From assembly GCA_016188495.1 (NCBI GenBank), contig JACPHU010000009.1, forward strand, positions 13,650 through 77,649: 64,000 bases of DNA, in the 5' to 3' direction. A model generated the notes under the pieces. That model had not been told where the DNA came from and ran no database searches. It saw only the letters and a list, made by a program, of their open reading frames with translations. The translations under genes were made by a program, and so were the position numbers. The stretch comes from Candidatus Uhrbacteria bacterium. GTDB taxonomy: Bacteria; Patescibacteriota; Patescibacteriia; UBA9934; GWF2-40-263. Positions 54,868-64,000 of this stretch are shown here, piece after piece; the stretch's first letter is position 1, and each line of letters begins with the position of its first letter.

Positions 54868-56529
54868 ATGTTAGAAGAACTTTTTTTTGAAATTGGAATT
54901 GTTTTGGTCATTGCGGCAGGACTCTCGATGATGTTGTATCGTCTTCGTCAGCCACTGATTGTTGCTTACATCATTACAGGGATCCTCGTCGGTCCTGGTC
55001 TTTTAGCGCTTACCCGCTCAACGGAAGTCTTTGATGTCATGTCTGAAATCGGCGTGGCTTTTTTGTTATTTACCGTGGGACTTGGACTCAATTGGCAAAA
55101 TGTAAAAGATGTTGGTGGTATTGCGTTTGTAACGGGGGTAGGCCAAGTCTTGTTTACCTCCGTGGTCGGATTTTTTGTAGGCACACTCATTGGTTTTGAT
55201 CCCATTACCAGTCTGTATTTAGGAGTCGCTTTTGCCTTTTCAAGTACCATCATCATCATTAAATTGCTCATGGATAAAGAAGACCTCGATACGCTTTATG
55301 GACGTATCAGTGTCGGATTTTTGTTGGTACAAGATTTTATCGCGATGCTCATTTTACTTGGATTGAATGCTGTCGGATCAGGAGCAGACATAAAGACAGT
55401 ATTTTTCAGTATCGGATTTAAAGCCCTCCTGTTAATTCCAGCCCTTTGGTTGGTCTCCACAAAAATTCTTCCTCCCGTGCTTAAATACGTTGCAAGGTCT
55501 CAGGAGTTATTGTTTATTTTTTCTGTTGCTTGGTGTTTTCTCGTGGCTGAGTTGCTGGTGTTCGCGGGTTTTGGCGTAGAGTTAGGGGCTCTCATGGCTG
55601 GAATCACTCTTTCAAGTTCTGTCTACTATCGTCAGATCAATGCCCGTATCAGGCCACTGCGCGACTTTTTTCTCATCATGTTTTTTATTGTTCTTGGAAC
55701 ACGCCTTGGCTTGGATCAGCTTTCTACCACGATTATTCCCGCCATTCTTTTCAGCGTGTTCGTACTCATTGGTAATCCGTTATTGATGATGTTTATCATG
55801 CGCTCACTGGGTTATCATCCTCGGACAGGATTTTTGTGCGGAACAACCGTTGCGCAAATTTCAGAATTTTCTTTCATTGTCATTATCACCGGGATCTCCA
55901 TTGGGCATTTGGATGACTCTGTCTTGGCTCTTGCCACAGCCGTGGGAATCATTACCATCACCGGAAGTTCCTATCTGATTGCCCATAACGAGACAATTTT
56001 TCAAAAGATCCAACCCGTTTTCCGATGGCTTGAACCCAAAACGAGCCTTGCATCAGAACATCCGCCTCTCTATTCCGTCTCCAATACTATTCTTTTTGGT
56101 TTCCATCGCACTGGCGCAGAACTTCTTTCCACAATCAAGCAGTGGAAACAGTCTTATGTCATCGTTGATTTTGATCCCGCGACGATTCGTCAGCTTGCAG
56201 AGGCAGGAGAGCCTTGCGTGTATGGGGATGCAGGGGATGAGCGTTTTCTTGAAGAGATCAAAACAGACAAAGCCCGCTTGATCGTTTCAACGATTCCAGA
56301 TTTTGTCATCAGCGCCGCTTTGCTGACGTTTTTGCAGAGCCGTTCTTATAAAGGAATCACTATTGTAACGGTTCATACACACACAGAAGCGCAGCATTGT
56401 TACGAGCTTGGTGCGACGTACGTGATTCTTCCTTCCGTATTGAGCGGAAAGAAATTTTCCGAGATTCTTGAAAAAAAGAAATCAGTGAAACGTTCCTGGT
56501 CTGTGTTGAAGAAGCAATTGGATGTATGA
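54868..56529 (+). CDS. CPA2-family monovalent cation:proton antiporter with a C-terminal TrkA-N (RCK) domain
   Basis: 12-13 TMs of the Na+/H+ exchanger fold, then YVIVDFDPATIRQLAEAGEPCVYGDAGD (Rossmann RCK). Confidence 0.8.
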   Translation: MLEELFFEIGIVLVIAAGLSMMLYRLRQPLIVAYIITGILVGPGLLALTRSTEVFDVMSEIGVAFLLFTVGLGLNWQNVKDVGGIAFVTGVGQVLFTSVVGFFVGTLIGFDPITSLYLGVAFAFSSTIIIIKLLMDKEDLDTLYGRISVGFLLVQDFIAMLILLGLNAVGSGADIKTVFFSIGFKALLLIPALWLVSTKILPPVLKYVARSQELLFIFSVAWCFLVAELLVFAGFGVELGALMAGITLSSSVYYRQINARIRPLRDFFLIMFFIVLGTRLGLDQLSTTIIPAILFSVFVLIGNPLLMMFIMRSLGYHPRTGFLCGTTVAQISEFSFIVIITGISIGHLDDSVLALATAVGIITITGSSYLIAHNETIFQKIQPVFRWLEPKTSLASEHPPLYSVSNTILFGFHRTGAELLSTIKQWKQSYVIVDFDPATIRQLAEAGEPCVYGDAGDERFLEEIKTDKARLIVSTIPDFVISAALLTFLQSRSYKGITIVTVHTHTEAQHCYELGATYVILPSVLSGKKFSEILEKKKSVKRSWSVLKKQLDV

Positions 56530-57512
56530 GCCATGGATTTTTTGCCGATTCTAAAGAATGGATAGCGGATGATTCTGGCGTGCGAGAACGGTATTTAGCT
56601 TTTTTTGAAAAGCAGTTAGGGCTTCTTCATGAGGGTCCGACACCTGAAACAGGATTCATCCAAAAGGGTATTTTAGAAAGAAAACAGGTTTGTGAGGACG
56701 TAAAATTAAAACAGACAAAACACGGATTGTTTGTGGTTGCCGATGGCGAGGATTGGTTGAGTTCGCGCGAAGCCGTCAGAACGATGTCCCAACATCTAGG
56801 GGAAATATTGGATCAGCAAGCAAAAAATGTGTGCGATCATTCCCACCCGGAAGAGACTCTTGACCGGCTTACCCGCTTTGTGGCGACAGTGTTGAAAACA
56901 AGCGTATTGATTGCGGACCATCGTATTCATGTTGCATGGTTGAATGCTGAGTCCGAAATTTCAGGAACAACGCTCTCTTGCGGAAGGCTTCTCTCTATTT
57001 CAGACACCACAGGCGATTCCCTTCATCGTTTCTTTTTTCTGAATTTAGGAAACAGTCGCATCTATCTCTGTAGAAAAAACAGGACCTTTCAGAAATTAAC
57101 CGTTGACGATACCAATCTTCAACAATGGGTTCATGAAGGCAAGCTGACTCCTGAAGAATTTTTTCAGATCGATCAAGCCCTAAGTCCAAAGCATCTCCCG
57201 CGAAAACTGTTTGCGTACGCAACCCATCTTAATCGTTTTCGTCTCACACGACGTCTTGGAAGAGGGGAGATTTCCGAAAACGCACCATTTGTTTCTTTTG
57301 TTGATCTGCAACCAGGCGAGCGCATCGTCATGACAACCAATGGAGTAAGCGATCAGCTTCTTGAGTCTGAAATACAAGCTCATCTTTTCCAACACAAAAA
57401 CGACCATGCGGCCGAACGTTCTTTGCAGCAAGCCGCCCTAGAGCGTTCTTTAGACGGTAGACATCCACGCGCGATTGCAGATGATCTATCGGCATTAGTA
57501 CACACGGTATAG
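56526..57512 (+). CDS. PP2C-like (SpoIIE/PPM-fold) domain protein with a degenerate metal-binding motif
   Basis: GLFVVADGEDW (canonical DGxGG reduced), LNLGNSRIYL, VMTTNGVSDQL. Its start overlaps the antiporter stop. Confidence 0.55.
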   Translation: MSHGFFADSKEWIADDSGVRERYLAFFEKQLGLLHEGPTPETGFIQKGILERKQVCEDVKLKQTKHGLFVVADGEDWLSSREAVRTMSQHLGEILDQQAKNVCDHSHPEETLDRLTRFVATVLKTSVLIADHRIHVAWLNAESEISGTTLSCGRLLSISDTTGDSLHRFFFLNLGNSRIYLCRKNRTFQKLTVDDTNLQQWVHEGKLTPEEFFQIDQALSPKHLPRKLFAYATHLNRFRLTRRLGRGEISENAPFVSFVDLQPGERIVMTTNGVSDQLLESEIQAHLFQHKNDHAAERSLQQAALERSLDGRHPRAIADDLSALVHTV

Positions 57513-57641
57513 AGATCTCTACAAAACTCGCGATCTTGCCCTTCACGGGCGCCCGTCGACCCCGTTCTCCCTACTCTGAGTAGGGTTCTCGGTGCTCGAC
57601 AGCCCGTTCAAGGCAATCTCATCGAGTTTTGTAGAGATCTC
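57512..57641. repeat. MITE-like palindromic element, copy 2 (130 bp)
   Basis: gagatctctacaaaactcgcgatcttgcccttcacggg ... cccgttcaaggcaatctcatcgagttttgtagagatctc. The termini are homologous to copy 1; the interior differs. It begins inside the TAG stop of the upstream gene. Confidence 0.7.
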
Positions 57642-57699
57642 ATAAGAATCATCCATTAAAAACTTCAAAGGAAGAGATACTCCTGAATTTTTTTGGGTG

Positions 57700-57739
57700 T
57701 TGACAGGAAGAATTAGCACTCTATAATAGGGAGTGCTAA
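57700..57739 (+). promoter_or_regulatory. Consensus sigma-70 promoter (TTGACA-16-TATAAT) overlapped by a perfect CIRCE operator (TTAGCACTC-N9-GAGTGCTAA)
   Basis: ttgaca ggaagaattagcactc tataat; CIRCE ttagcactc tataatagg gagtgctaa at 57713-57739; ~190-nt leader before hrcA. Confidence 0.85.
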
Positions 57740-57925
57740 TTTATGTATGGTGCTGTTTACCAATGAGATGAGATTGCAACGTTTGGGCTGGTAGTCGCTG
57801 AAAGCGTCTAAAAACGGACGTTGATCCTTCGATAAACTCAGGATCAGTCTGAGCTTCTCGAAGACTGAAGCGAGTCTCGGGTACTCAAACGTTGCAAGAT
57901 CGCTCATTGGGGAGCAGTCCCTATT

Positions 57926-58630
57926 ATGCTGGAAACCAGAACAGAACTTATTTTAAAGCTGGTGATTGAGGATTATATTCGTACGGCACTGCCGGTAGGT
58001 TCGAGGTACCTGAATGAGCACTATGCCATCGGTGTTTCAGATGCGACTGTGCGAAACGAATTAGCCGTTTTAGAAAAAGAAGGATATCTGAGGGCTCCGC
58101 ATACTTCCGCAGGGAGGATTCCTACAGAAAAGGCTTACATCTATTATTTGCAGCATTTACGAAATAAGAAGTTTGTCTTGGAAGGATCACCTCTTAAAGG
58201 GTCTTCGTATAAGACCAAAGATACAGAAACGGCTTTAAAGACGATTGCCAAAGAGCTTGTGGAAATTTCTGGAGAAACAGCCATCGTGGCTCTGAACCCA
58301 CGTTGGAGTTATTACACGGGTGTTTCCAACTTGTTTCAAAAACCAGATTTTCGCGATCCAGACGTGATGCTCCATCTGTCAGCGCTTATCGATCAGTTTG
58401 ATGAGGTTATGCAGCAGCTCTACCGCAAGCTTCCGGAGGGTCCCCAAGTCTTTATCGGTTCTGGAAATCCGTTTGGAGAGGACATGGCCACTATTTTGGT
58501 GCGCTACCAGGTAGATGGACAAACCCAGGGACTTCTGGGACTGATCGGTCCGTTACGTATGGATTATTCACGAAACATTGCTCTGATTGAACGGGCAAAA
58601 GAAGTCATTGATCAATATCTTAACGAATAA
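57926..58630 (+). CDS. hrcA: Heat-inducible transcription repressor HrcA
   Basis: MLETRTELILKLVIEDYIRTALPVGSRYL... with an N-terminal wHTH; CIRCE upstream. Confidence 0.88.
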   Translation: MLETRTELILKLVIEDYIRTALPVGSRYLNEHYAIGVSDATVRNELAVLEKEGYLRAPHTSAGRIPTEKAYIYYLQHLRNKKFVLEGSPLKGSSYKTKDTETALKTIAKELVEISGETAIVALNPRWSYYTGVSNLFQKPDFRDPDVMLHLSALIDQFDEVMQQLYRKLPEGPQVFIGSGNPFGEDMATILVRYQVDGQTQGLLGLIGPLRMDYSRNIALIERAKEVIDQYLNE

Positions 58631-58634
58631 CTTT

Positions 58635-59150
58635 ATGTCTGATGAACAGGTGCAGAACTCGACTCCAGAGGAGTCAGAACAAAAAGAACCCATCCAAAAA
58701 GAATCATGCGAAAAATGCGAAGAGTATCTTACCGGTTGGAAACGAGCTCTTGCTGATTACGACAATCTGAAAAAAGATTTGGTTCGTGAACGCGTAGAGA
58801 TCCGTGCCCGTGCTCGTGAAGACTTGGGCCAGCAACTGATCGCGGTACTGGACAACTTTGACCAAGCGGCCAAATTTCAACCAGAGAATGTTCCTCAGGA
58901 AGTCCAGACATGGTTAACCGGTTTGATGTATGTCCGCGCACAATTACAGACGGTTTTACAGGAATTAGGACTCGAACCGTTTGGCGAGGCGGGGACACCA
59001 TTTAATGCCCATTTGCATGAAGCCGCAGCCCAGCGCAGCGAGCCGGAAAGACCAGATCAAGAAATTCTGGAGGTATCTCAACGCGGCTGGAAAATGGGAG
59101 AGAAAATTGTCCGCCCTGCAAAAGTTGTTATCAACAATTTACAAAATTAA
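58635..59150 (+). CDS. grpE: Nucleotide exchange factor GrpE
   Basis: Start MSDEQVQ. RALADYDNLKKDLVRE coiled coil plus the C-terminal beta domain ILEVSQRGWKMGEKIVRPAKVVI. Confidence 0.85.
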   Translation: MSDEQVQNSTPEESEQKEPIQKESCEKCEEYLTGWKRALADYDNLKKDLVRERVEIRARAREDLGQQLIAVLDNFDQAAKFQPENVPQEVQTWLTGLMYVRAQLQTVLQELGLEPFGEAGTPFNAHLHEAAAQRSEPERPDQEILEVSQRGWKMGEKIVRPAKVVINNLQN

Positions 59151-59181
59151 AAAAACTTCGCGATAAAACGAAAAGAAACAT

Positions 59182-61074
59182 ATGCCAAAAATTTTAGGAA
59201 TTGATCTTGGAACAACAAATTCTTGCGTGGCCATCATTGAAGGCGGTCAGCCAAAAGTGCTTGAAAATAAAGAAGGCGCGCGCACGACTCCTTCTATGGT
59301 AGCGGTAAACAAGGCTGGAGAACGCCTTGTTGGATTGCCTGCCAAACGTCAAGCGGTAACGAATCCAAAAAGCACCTTATTTTCTATCAAACGTTTGATC
59401 GGGCGACGTTTTGAAGATGCCGAAGTCACACGCGATCAGAAAGTAATGCCTTATGAAATTGTCCGACGCGGGGAAGGTGTGGCCATTAAAATGGGCGATA
59501 AAGAACACACCCCTGAAGAAATTTCTGCAATGATTCTTCAAAAATTGAAAGCGGATGCTGAAGAGAAACTTGGAGAAAAAATTGAAGAAGCCATTATTAC
59601 CGTTCCTGCGTATTTTAATGATGCCCAACGAGCTGCGACAAAAACGGCTGGCGAAATCGCTGGTCTCAAGGTTCGACGCATTATTAACGAACCGACGGCT
59701 GCTGCTTTGGCGTATGGATTTGATAAGAAAATCGGTCAACAAATCATGGTGTACGATCTCGGAGGCGGAACCTTTGATGTATCTGTGCTTGATGTCAGCG
59801 AGGATACGGTCGAAGTAAAATCAACCAACGGAGATACCCACTTGGGCGGAGACGACTTTGATCGCGTCATTATTGATTGGATTCTTGAAGAATTTAAAAA
59901 ACAAGAAGGAATCAATCTTGCCACTGACGCTCTTGCGCTCCAACGCGTAAAGGATGCCGCAGAACGCGCTAAAATCGAACTTTCTACGGCTGCACAAACA
60001 GAAGTCAACCAACCCTTTATTACCTCAGACGCCAACGGCCCAAAGCATTTGGTGTTGACTCTTACCCGAGCCAAACTTGAAGAGCTTTGTTACGACCTTG
60101 TTCAAAAAACGCTCAATCCGGTAAAAGCTGCGCTCAAGGATGCGGGACTGGATAAGAACGATATTCAAGAAATCGTGATGGTCGGAGGAATGACTCGTAT
60201 GCCATTGGTTCAGAAAACGGTTGAGGAATTTTTTGGAAAGAAACCAAACATTACGGTAAACCCAGATGAAGTGGTCGCGTTGGGAGCCGCTGTGCAGGCT
60301 GGTGTCCTTCAGGGCGAAGTCAAAGATGTGTTGTTATTGGATGTCACCCCGCTTTCCGTTGGAATTGAAACCTTAGGCGGCGTGATGACAAAGCTTATTG
60401 AACGCAATACCACGATTCCTGCAAGTAAATCCCAAATTTTCTCTACGGCCGCAGACAACCAGACAACAGTGGAGATTCATGTGCTTCAGGGTGAACGCGA
60501 AATGGCTGGGGGAAATAAAACACTCGGTCGCTTCATTCTTTCAGGTTTGCCTATGGCTCCTCGTGGCGTTCCTCAAGTAGAGGTGAAGTTTGATATTGAT
60601 GCCAACGGTATTTTGCATGTCACAGGAACCGATAAGGCTTCCGGAAAGAGCCAAACGATCACGATTCAAGGCTCTACAGGATTGTCCGATGCGGAAGTCG
60701 AACGCATGAAAAAGGAAGCTGAGGAACATGCGGACGAAGACAAAAAAGCCAAGGAGCGCGCAGAACATCAGAATCTGGCAGACACCATGATCTATACTTC
60801 AGAAAAAATGCTCAAAGACGCAGGAGATAAAATTACCGATGATGAGCGTAAAGAAGTGGAAGAAAAGATTGCCGCACTGAAAACCGTCAAAGATACAGAC
60901 GATCACGAGGCGATTAAAAAAGCCGCCGATGCCTTGAGCGAATCCGCTCAAAAAGTTGGGGCAAAAATGTATCAAGCCGACCAGGCCGCAGGTCAACCTC
61001 AGACAGGAGAGCCAACCAGCGAACCACAAAAAGATGAACCGATCGATGCAGAGTTTGAAGAGAAGAAGGAATAA
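59182..61074 (+). CDS. dnaK: Molecular chaperone DnaK (Hsp70)
   Basis: [31 protein letters not shown]-terminal EEKK. Confidence 0.97.
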   Translation: MPKILGIDLGTTNSCVAIIEGGQPKVLENKEGARTTPSMVAVNKAGERLVGLPAKRQAVTNPKSTLFSIKRLIGRRFEDAEVTRDQKVMPYEIVRRGEGVAIKMGDKEHTPEEISAMILQKLKADAEEKLGEKIEEAIITVPAYFNDAQRAATKTAGEIAGLKVRRIINEPTAAALAYGFDKKIGQQIMVYDLGGGTFDVSVLDVSEDTVEVKSTNGDTHLGGDDFDRVIIDWILEEFKKQEGINLATDALALQRVKDAAERAKIELSTAAQTEVNQPFITSDANGPKHLVLTLTRAKLEELCYDLVQKTLNPVKAALKDAGLDKNDIQEIVMVGGMTRMPLVQKTVEEFFGKKPNITVNPDEVVALGAAVQAGVLQGEVKDVLLLDVTPLSVGIETLGGVMTKLIERNTTIPASKSQIFSTAADNQTTVEIHVLQGEREMAGGNKTLGRFILSGLPMAPRGVPQVEVKFDIDANGILHVTGTDKASGKSQTITIQGSTGLSDAEVERMKKEAEEHADEDKKAKERAEHQNLADTMIYTSEKMLKDAGDKITDDERKEVEEKIAALKTVKDTDDHEAIKKAADALSESAQKVGAKMYQADQAAGQPQTGEPTSEPQKDEPIDAEFEEKKE

Positions 61075-61081
61075 AAAAGAA

Positions 61082-61110
61082 GGCGGGGTTTTAACCCCGC
61101 CTGTTGTGTA
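61082..61110 (+). terminator. Hairpin terminator after dnaK
   Basis: aggcggggtt-ttaa-ccccgcct. Confidence 0.55.
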
Positions 61111-61162
61111 GAAGAGTCATATTTCTTTTGATTTAAGGGTTGTCATTTAAAACAAATATATC

Positions 61163-62083
61163 ATGATCCTCGTTACTTCTTATGAAAACCCAGACTTAGA
61201 TGGGACGGCGTGCGCGGTGGCGCTGGCTGAGCTTTTGATTCAAGAGGGTGAAGAGGCGTTGGCAGGAATTTTTGGGAACCTTCATCGGGAAGCTGAGCAT
61301 GTGATGCGTACGTTTAATCTGGAACGTCCATTGGATGCCGCGCTCTTTATTGATCAAGTAGATGAAATTATTTTGACGGACGCCAGCGATCTGCGAGGTC
61401 TCTCGCCTTTGATTGATCCTCAAAAAGTGACTACGGTGATTGATCATCGAAAAGACTATAATCCTGATGATTTTCCAAATGCTGATTTTCAGATTGAACT
61501 CGTGGGTTCTGCAGCCACTCTTGTGACAGAACAATTTATAGAACGTGGATTTATTCCTGGAAAAACCGCTGTTTATTTGCTTGCGGGAGCCATTGTCTCC
61601 AATACGGTGAATTTTCAAAACAAGGTTACGACCCAGCGCGATCGAGAGGCGTTCGACTGGTTGAAAAATCAAAGAGAACTTCCGGAAGACTTTGTTCAGC
61701 AATTGTTTGAAAGTAAATCAACATTTACTCCTGAAAATCTTTTTGTAGAAATAGAGCATGACGCCGCACGATTTGAGTTTGGAGACAAACACATTGGGAT
61801 TGCGCAGCTTGAAATGGTGAATGCACAAGCATTCATGAGTGATTTTCAAGATCAACTCATTGAGGTGTTGCGAGCCCTTCATCAAAAGAACAAGATCGAT
61901 TATGGTTTTTTATCTATTGTCGATATAGATCAAGGACGCACGATCTTTGTCTGTGAAGATGAATATTTGAAAAACTCTTTATCCCAAGCGACAGGCGTAG
62001 AATGGCAAGGGTACACGGCTTATACAAATGGTATGATGATGCGTAAAGAAATCGTACCGCTTCTGCGCGGCGTTATCTCTTAA
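61163..62083 (+). CDS. DHH-DHHA2 protein homologous to family-II (Mn-dependent) inorganic pyrophosphatase, with substituted catalytic motifs
   Basis: Aligns along its whole length with the PpaC pattern, but the His/Asp ligands are replaced: SYENPDLDG for GHQNPDTD, LTDASD for VDHNE, IDHRK for IDHH, SNT for SDS. Confidence 0.6.
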   Translation: MILVTSYENPDLDGTACAVALAELLIQEGEEALAGIFGNLHREAEHVMRTFNLERPLDAALFIDQVDEIILTDASDLRGLSPLIDPQKVTTVIDHRKDYNPDDFPNADFQIELVGSAATLVTEQFIERGFIPGKTAVYLLAGAIVSNTVNFQNKVTTQRDREAFDWLKNQRELPEDFVQQLFESKSTFTPENLFVEIEHDAARFEFGDKHIGIAQLEMVNAQAFMSDFQDQLIEVLRALHQKNKIDYGFLSIVDIDQGRTIFVCEDEYLKNSLSQATGVEWQGYTAYTNGMMMRKEIVPLLRGVIS

Positions 62084-62088
62084 ACTGT

Positions 62089-63153
62089 ATGGCAAAAGAT
62101 TATTACAAAATTCTAGAAGTTGATAAAAGTGCTTCTCAAGAGGATATAAAAAAAGCTTTTCGTAAATTGGCTCATAAATACCATCCTGACAAAGAAGGAG
62201 GTGATGAAGAGAAATTCAAGGAAGCCAATGAGGCGTACCAGGTTTTAGGTGACCCAGAGAAGCGTAAAAAATACGATCAATTTGGTTCCTCGGCGTTTGA
62301 TGGTTCCGGCGGCTTTGGCGGAGGTGGTCAAGGTTTTGGTGGTTTTGATTTTTCTGGATTCCAAAGCGGAGGATTTGAAGATCTCGGCGATATTTTTGGC
62401 GACTTATTTGGTGGCGGACGCTCACGTGGACGTGAACGTCGAGGAAACGATATTCAAATCGATTTCGACCTTACGTTTAAGGAATCCATTTTTGGTGTTC
62501 AAAAAGAGATTGAATTAACCAAGACAAGTCCGTGTGAACGCTGTTCTGGAACCGGGGCAGAGCCAGGGGAGGGAATGCATACATGCGCGGATTGTCAGGG
62601 TTCCGGCGTTCAGGTGAGTATTCAAAGAACGATTTTAGGAAATATTCAAAGCAAGCACACCTGTGCGACTTGCCACGGAACCGGAGAGATTCCCAAAAAA
62701 ATGTGCACGAGTTGTCGCGGAGCTGGGGTAGAAAAAAAGAAACAGACGTTTTCCGTTACGATCCCTCCAGGGGTTGAAAACGGAGCCATGCTTAGGATTC
62801 GTGGTGAAGGCGAAGCCGTAAAGGGCGGCCAACCAGGAGATCTGTTTGTACGTTTGCATGTTCCCGAAGACAAGCAATTTAAACGGGAAGGCCATACGCT
62901 TTTTACAAGTGTGCCTATTGGTTTTACTCAAGCCGCTCTGGGAGACACGATTGAGGTGCAAACGGTTGATGGACCAGTGGATCTTAAAATTCCTGCCGGA
63001 ACACAATCAGACTCACAATTTCGTTTAAAAGGAAAAGGTGTTCCTTCGGGTCGTGGGCGTGGAGACCATATCGTCATTATTGAAGTTCAGACCCCGCAAA
63101 AACTCTCTCGAGAACAGAAAAAATTATTGGAAGAATTAGATTTACGTGCATGA
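62089..63153 (+). CDS. dnaJ: Molecular chaperone DnaJ
   Basis: J domain with HPD (KYHPDK), a G/F-rich region, four CxxCxGxG repeats, and a C-terminal domain. Confidence 0.95.
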   Translation: MAKDYYKILEVDKSASQEDIKKAFRKLAHKYHPDKEGGDEEKFKEANEAYQVLGDPEKRKKYDQFGSSAFDGSGGFGGGGQGFGGFDFSGFQSGGFEDLGDIFGDLFGGGRSRGRERRGNDIQIDFDLTFKESIFGVQKEIELTKTSPCERCSGTGAEPGEGMHTCADCQGSGVQVSIQRTILGNIQSKHTCATCHGTGEIPKKMCTSCRGAGVEKKKQTFSVTIPPGVENGAMLRIRGEGEAVKGGQPGDLFVRLHVPEDKQFKREGHTLFTSVPIGFTQAALGDTIEVQTVDGPVDLKIPAGTQSDSQFRLKGKGVPSGRGRGDHIVIIEVQTPQKLSREQKKLLEELDLRA

Positions 63154-64000
63154 CCTCTTTTACGTTACAAACGCAACGTCAGTTTGCCCGAAGCGGCCAA
63201 CTTGAAACCAAACATGGGGTCATTCAAACCCCGTTTTTCATGCCCATTGCTACCAAAGGATCGGTAAAGAGCTTGTCTTCTGGTGACATGAGGGATCTGG
63301 GTGCGCAGATCATTCTTTCTAATACCTATCATTTGCTGTTACGACCTGGTTTAGAACAGATGACAGCCTTAGGCGGATTACATCGATTCATGGGGTGGGA
63401 AAGACCTCTCTTAACCGATAGTGGGGGATACCAGGTGTTTTCGCTTTCTAAAATGAACAAGACCACAGAAGAAGGCGTTACCTTCCAATCTCATATTGAT
63501 GGTGCTCGCATACATTTGACTCCAGAACTATCGATGCAGATGCAAGCTGCCATTGGATCAGATATTGTCATGCAGTTTGATGATGTCGCAGCCGGGAATT
63601 CCTCTCGAGAACGTTACGAGGAAGCCATGGAGCGATCCCTGCGATGGGCAGAACGTTCCAAAAAAGAGTTTGAAAAAATTCACGATTCTAACATTCCGCC
63701 GCTCCTGTTTGGTATCGTCCAAGGCGGAACGCATGAAGATTTACGAGAGAGATCCGCACAAGGTTTAATAAACATTGGATTTGATGGATATGCGATCGGC
63801 GGGTTATCCGTAGGAGAGGATCGTGCCGATGCCTATCGTATTGCCAAACGTGTGTGTGAAGTTTTGCCTCAAGACAAGCCTCGCTATTTCATGGGAGGAG
63901 GCATGCCAGAGGAGATCGTCGCTTACGTTCAGATGGGAGTTGATATGTTTGACTGCGTCCTGCCAACACGTAACGCCCGCCACGGTACGTTGTTTGCGTG
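63150..64000 (+). CDS. tgt: Queuine tRNA-ribosyltransferase (tRNA-guanine transglycosylase), 3' end outside the window
   Basis: MTSFTLQTQRQFARSGQLETKHGVIQTPFFMPIATKGSVK...LTDSGGYQVFSL. Its start overlaps the dnaJ stop (ATGA). Confidence 0.9.
   Translation, partial: MTSFTLQTQRQFARSGQLETKHGVIQTPFFMPIATKGSVKSLSSGDMRDLGAQIILSNTYHLLLRPGLEQMTALGGLHRFMGWERPLLTDSGGYQVFSLSKMNKTTEEGVTFQSHIDGARIHLTPELSMQMQAAIGSDIVMQFDDVAAGNSSRERYEEAMERSLRWAERSKKEFEKIHDSNIPPLLFGIVQGGTHEDLRERSAQGLINIGFDGYAIGGLSVGEDRADAYRIAKRVCEVLPQDKPRYFMGGGMPEEIVAYVQMGVDMFDCVLPTRNARHGTLFA

Noticed and set aside
57713-57907. 64-aa minus-strand ORF in the hrcA leader
   Set aside because: It overlaps the CIRCE/promoter on the opposite strand, has no RBS, and the region is better explained as a 5' UTR.
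1-64000. CRISPR arrays, rRNA genes, RNase P, tmRNA or SRP RNA
   Set aside because: I scanned intergenic regions for regularly spaced direct repeats and for the conserved cores of these RNAs and found none. The only dispersed repeats are the two MITE-like copies and short terminator-stem families.

Overview
This 64 kb window looks like a compact bacterial chromosome segment with roughly 45% GC (estimated by eye, not computed), dense operons and many hairpin terminators. That is consistent with a small-genome, possibly Patescibacteria-like, organism; this is inference only.

The housekeeping backbone is: der (partial), an LCP-family protein, tRNA-Val(CAC), lepB, hisS, uvrB-uvrA, uvrC, a SWIM-SNF2 helicase, the start of a dcw cluster (mraZ-rsmH-ftsL-like), cysS, dnaX, tRNA-Gln(CTG), a CPA2 antiporter, hrcA-grpE-dnaK-(DHH protein)-dnaJ behind a CIRCE operator, and tgt (partial).

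Inserted between these are several blocks that look accessory:
1. A roughly 10.9 kb composite mobile element at 43.86-54.72 kb. It has two large serine recombinases, an HTH protein, a primase fused to a P-loop ATPase, an IS630-family transposase remnant and an extremely AT-rich cargo block of orphan genes. The stop codon of the second recombinase lies inside a minus-strand tRNA-Glu(CUC).
2. GC-rich islets at 7.05-10.7 kb and 16.55-17.76 kb. The first holds a Usp-like protein, a CDF transporter fused to a NifB/NifX-like domain, and a PncC(CinA)-NadD fusion under a textbook sigma-70 promoter. The second holds a Cys-motif protein and a cupredoxin lipoprotein.
3. A divergent cluster of two glycosyltransferases, an HPr-kinase-like P-loop protein and a DMT transporter at 39.6-43.8 kb.
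4. A three-gene locus ending in an 845-aa TraD/VirD4-like ATPase at 30.6-34.6 kb.
5. A MITE-like palindromic element present twice (34.6 kb and 57.5 kb), each copy directly abutting a stop codon.
6. Partial duplications of tRNA 5' and 3' segments next to tRNA-Val and tRNA-Gln.

No CRISPR array and no rRNA were seen. The individual coordinates I re-checked shifted by only 1-2 nt, so treat them as good to within a few nucleotides. All homology calls come from motif recognition by eye, not from database searches.
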